NCBI RefSeq assembly: GCF_001194135.2
Contig: NC_068982.1
Coordinates: 88,312,140 to 88,365,443 of the forward strand
Length of the DNA stretch: 53,304 nucleotides
Reading direction: 5' to 3'
From: Octopus bimaculoides
Taxonomy: Eukaryota
The notes beneath the pieces are model-generated. The model ran no database searches. It had not been told where the DNA came from and saw only the letters and a program-made list of their open reading frames with translations. Shown here piece by piece: positions 49,260 to 53,304 of this stretch. The first letter of the stretch is position 1. Every line of letters begins with the position of its first letter. A program made the position numbers and the translations under genes.

Positions 49260-52200
49260 CCATCATTTAAGAATAACAAGCAAATAATGTTTCCCTAAAT
49301 ATATTACATCACATGCAAGTATACGATAGCATTTGAGAAATGAACGAACTAACAAGGTAGGGTCTATGCTGTCGCTCGACATGCAATACTTCGCGTTCAA
49401 ATATTCTTCAAAATCTATACAAATGTTTTCAAATGTTTAAATTGAATATTTAATATAACATAATAACAAACAAGCCATGATAGTTATGGCAAGAATAGCG
49501 GTGGAATTATATATTATTGGTATTGAAACGCATCTCTCTAGGCACATGCGAACGCTGTCGCAGTACGACAGTTGCTACACCCCTGACAAATACAGCCCCC
49601 CAAATATTTGCAAATAGTCCAGAATATAAACACTTTATGAGAATAATAACACGGTCGACTACAGCAACAACGATAAAAAAAAAAGAAACAGTAAAATAGT
49701 TACAGATCCGTGCAGAATTCATATAAAGTTAGGTTACACGCACAATTAACTTTCAAAAAATGATCAAAAATAAACTAAGACATTCGTTATGATACATAAT
49801 TATCAGTATTAAAAATATTGCTAAAATAATCAACAATGTCCACACTCAAGTAGTATTCATTCAGATAATATTGCAAGCAAAACTTCGAACGACAACCATA
49901 CTTAATTATACATAATAAGATAAATCACTGCAATATGAAGAAATCACTGCACTTCTGTTATTATGAATGTGAAATCATAATTTCAACAACAAAACCCAAG
50001 AGAAATAACATCGTACGAATCCATCACTCTCTGGTGCAGTCCTTGACATCATTAACCCAAATTTTCTCCTCTCCAGATCACAACGTAGAATCATACCGTG
50101 ACCTTAACCATTAGAAAACAAGTAATAAACTACATATATTTATGATGAGAGACCAAGACATATCTTAGGAAGTTAAGGTTAGAAACATCCTCAACCTACC
50201 GGAATTGAAAATCACTGATGTGCAAGGCGTATTTGTGATTCGAAATCTTCGTTGACGCTGGCATATCCAAAGAATGGAGAGTTACTAAGACAGATATTTT
50301 ACACTCAATTGTCTGTTGATGCGAAATATCGGTAGTTACATGTAAATCACAGTGGCTGGACAAGAGCCTGTCGAACAAACAGATTCATGCTTCAAACCAC
50401 AACACATTACATGTGAATTGTCAACAACATCTATCGCAGGAACACCAAAAGTATTAATGATGATCATTTTACTGTTAACGTTTAAACCAAGCAATAAATC
50501 ATTTAACGCGTATAGCAAGGCTATCATGTATTTCTAAAGACATAATTAAACTTATGTATGTCAGTTATGTACTCATATCTCATACGTATCAATACTTTAT
50601 GATATACTACTGGCAATATTTGTATTTGCATAGGTATTTAAAACCAACAATTCAATTGCTGATATGGTTTAATTTACGATACTTCATGAATTACTCTCAG
50701 TTTCTGTCATGATGTCATAGACAAAATGAGAGAATATTTAGAGGACCAATTTCAAATAGGAAGGAGGGGAATATTGCCTAGCTTCGTTTCTAGATGGAAA
50801 AGATAAAAGTAGAGGTGACGAAAACAGAAAAAGCGTGGAAATATAAAGTAATTAATATATTCTTGGGAAGTCATACACATAAAGGAAACAGAGAACAAAC
50901 ACTGCTCAGCATTGATAATTAGTCGAAAAGTTCTGTTGAGTGGTATGTTATCTATATGACTGCTGGCTATTTTTGGATATTGTCTCTAATTAGACGTAAG
51001 TGTGATGCTAATGCTATTCCAGTGTGTTAGAAGTACTTTAAAGTGAAGCTGTAGTACTTATACAGTCAGCTGTTCTTGAGTTGTTGATATTGCTTATCAC
51101 CAGGTGGACCCTGATTTGGCAGGGCTTTGATCAAATTCCGTCTCAGCCGTGGACCTTCCATCTGTTTAGTAAAATACCACAATCGCTAATTTATCCTATC
51201 TATACATGTCCCCGTCTTCATTTTTGACAGGATAAAGCTTTCGAAGAAAACTGATTATTTCTTTTTGCATGTTGCCAGATTGTGAGATGCAGTGTGTATG
51301 AGCTGCGAATTTATTTTTCTTTATCTTCTAAGAATTAGGTTATCACAACTAGGGTATTTTAAACACCACTTTAGTTCCAGTTTTGCTTTGAATAGACCTA
51401 AGGTATGCAAGGAGTCGATTGTAGGAGTAGTGAGATCCAACAAATTTATTCAAACAGATACAGCTTGTATTTACCTAGGTGATAAAAGTGCTGTGTATTC
51501 CTACAGATTTTATTTACCACAGTTACATATCGTGGTTAGTTTTTAATCTGGACTTATTCTAATCTCTCTACTGGATAGTCTATGTCTACACCTATTGTTA
51601 CTGTTGTTGTTGTTCAACCACAATTCAGCCCTGACTGCGCATTCCAGTTTTCAGCTTCACATCATTTTAGGGGTATACAGGTATATATTATTTTAATACT
51701 GTAGTATCTGTATATATTTTCATAAAGACAGAGATGAGTGAGTTAGCTGTTCTTTCTTGTCGGTCATTTGACTATGTAGTTTCTTCATTAGTTTCGATCA
51801 GATCAAGATAGTTGGACTTAGAATGTTACCCATTTTTTGATGAAACGAATTATGTCGACGTGTGTTGAAACAGTTTATGGATAGTAGCTGAGCACAAAAA
51901 AGACATGGAAATTGAGTCTATTATTATCTGTATATAAATATGTAATATTTAAGGTGAAGGGTTATAAGAGGCCAAATTTAGTAAGCACCGTCAGAAATTA
52001 TGTAACAGAGTGCGAAACGGGTACAATGGGCTGTTTTATTAATTTATTTATTTAAGTTTAAATAATCTACATCCTGTCTTTCTTTAGTCAGATAATTAGT
52101 TATTAGGTTATCGACAGAAATTCGAAAGTTTAATACAAATAACGTTTTGGCAACAGGTTGCACTCACATGCATTTTGAGATCACACTTTGCTTTCCATTC

Positions 52201-53083
52201 TACCGGATGTAATAAGATTGGGAATTACTAACGCATCAAAAAGCAAAGACAAAACTTTAGGAAACTGATGGTGTTCAGCGTCTTTTCCATCTCATACGTA
52301 CTTATTCAAAAACTCATGATATTCTAGAGATTTAATACCAATATATCATGCGACTGTTTAATGGAAATATTGTATGAATATATGTGAGTCAATGAGGAAG
52401 AGTTGGTCAGATTGTTCGACAATTTGTAATAGCAGGCAAATCGCCCTCAAATCACACACTACCAAACTGAGAAAAAAAAAGACGTTAGATAGTGTGGATC
52501 TGGTTCTCCAACACATAACAAATGAAAGCGAGTCGGTTATCGCCGGAGTACCTTTGTTTATAGGACTCCTTGATCCAGACTGACCTCAGGTTAAACACAA
52601 TTAACAATATGAATTTGTATTCCCTATGAATGGGTAGGTTTGTGCCAGTATAACATCCCATTTCTATAATAACAACTACATTTCAACTTTATATAATACT
52701 TTATTTTCATTTCATTCGTTATTTAAGTTATTTGGCCGCAAACCCCTTTAACGTTTTTCCTCGTATTTACGTCGGAAACACAATGACATTTGTTTCAGAC
52801 CTTTGGATATATTCCCATCGTTTAGTTGCATAGCGGTAGTTGTGAATCGTATCTAATAATAACGTGTTTTATTTAATCTAATAAGACGTTTTAAAAATAG
52901 CCTGTATCTAAAAAGATAAAATAGTAGTATCTTTTATACATGTCCATCATCGTTCTTGAAACTTATTTTGCGATAAAGTCATGGAAATCTAATGTTTTGG
53001 TTATGTATGAAGGTTATTCTAAATTAGAAGTGTAGCAGCCAAATGGAACAGACCCAACTATTTTCCTTCTTTATTTATTTCAG

Positions 53084-53110
53084 CTTAAGAGACAATCTGT
53101 GTCCTTTCAG
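53084..53110 (+). other. Candidate 27-nt microexon of an unidentified gene (LKRQSVSFQ in phase 0, or LRDNLCPF)
   Basis: Long polypyrimidine tract ttttccttctttatttatttcag| and donor CAG|gtaatt. The length preserves frame. Confidence 0.4.
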
Positions 53111-53304
53111 GTAATTTTATATATTCCAAATTTTTAATAGCCTTCAGATTTTCACTATACTCCAGTTAGACATATACAAATAGATATTTAAACAAACGGT
53201 TACTTTATAAAATAATCTACAAGAGATTATAATATCATGAAAAATAATTTTCCGGTATTCATGTCCATGTTAACATTTCTATATTCTGGATATATATATA
53301 TATA

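Noticed and set aside
49500-52600. Several 60-80 aa ORFs, including a Cys-rich frame near 49.6 kb
   Set aside because: No recognisable domain or consistent splice structure.

Overview
Very AT-rich eukaryotic DNA, dense in microsatellites, with five assembly gaps that each abut a simple repeat. The tRNA-derived SINEs and the (TA)/(CA)/(TAA)/(TACA) microsatellites point to an octopus (coleoid cephalopod) genome; this is my inference. I found no intact protein-coding gene, and the window reads as intronic or intergenic DNA made mostly of decayed transposons. The dominant structure is two multi-kb stacks of R4/Dong-clade (restriction-like endonuclease) LINEs separated by (TAA)n tracts: about 6.6-13.4 kb on the minus strand and about 29.0-36.2 kb on the plus strand. 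Both stacks contain the same two subfamilies in mirror orientation. Also present are Tc1/mariner remnants (DD41D-like, DD34D-like and Tc1-like), a Chapaev3-like transposase, decayed hAT copies, a Penelope fragment, Helitron/Helentron ends, an ORF1/gag-only zinc-knuckle element and three SINE families. Notable local structures are a 408-bp foldback MITE, a 25-bp hairpin, a palindromic 18-bp minisatellite, a degenerate hammerhead-like motif and a 27-nt microexon candidate. All family calls come from motif recognition by eye, with no database searches. I cannot claim a clearly new biological system. The best leads are the microsatellite-targeted inverted LINE stacks and the other dsRNA-forming structures, which matter in a lineage known for extensive A-to-I editing.
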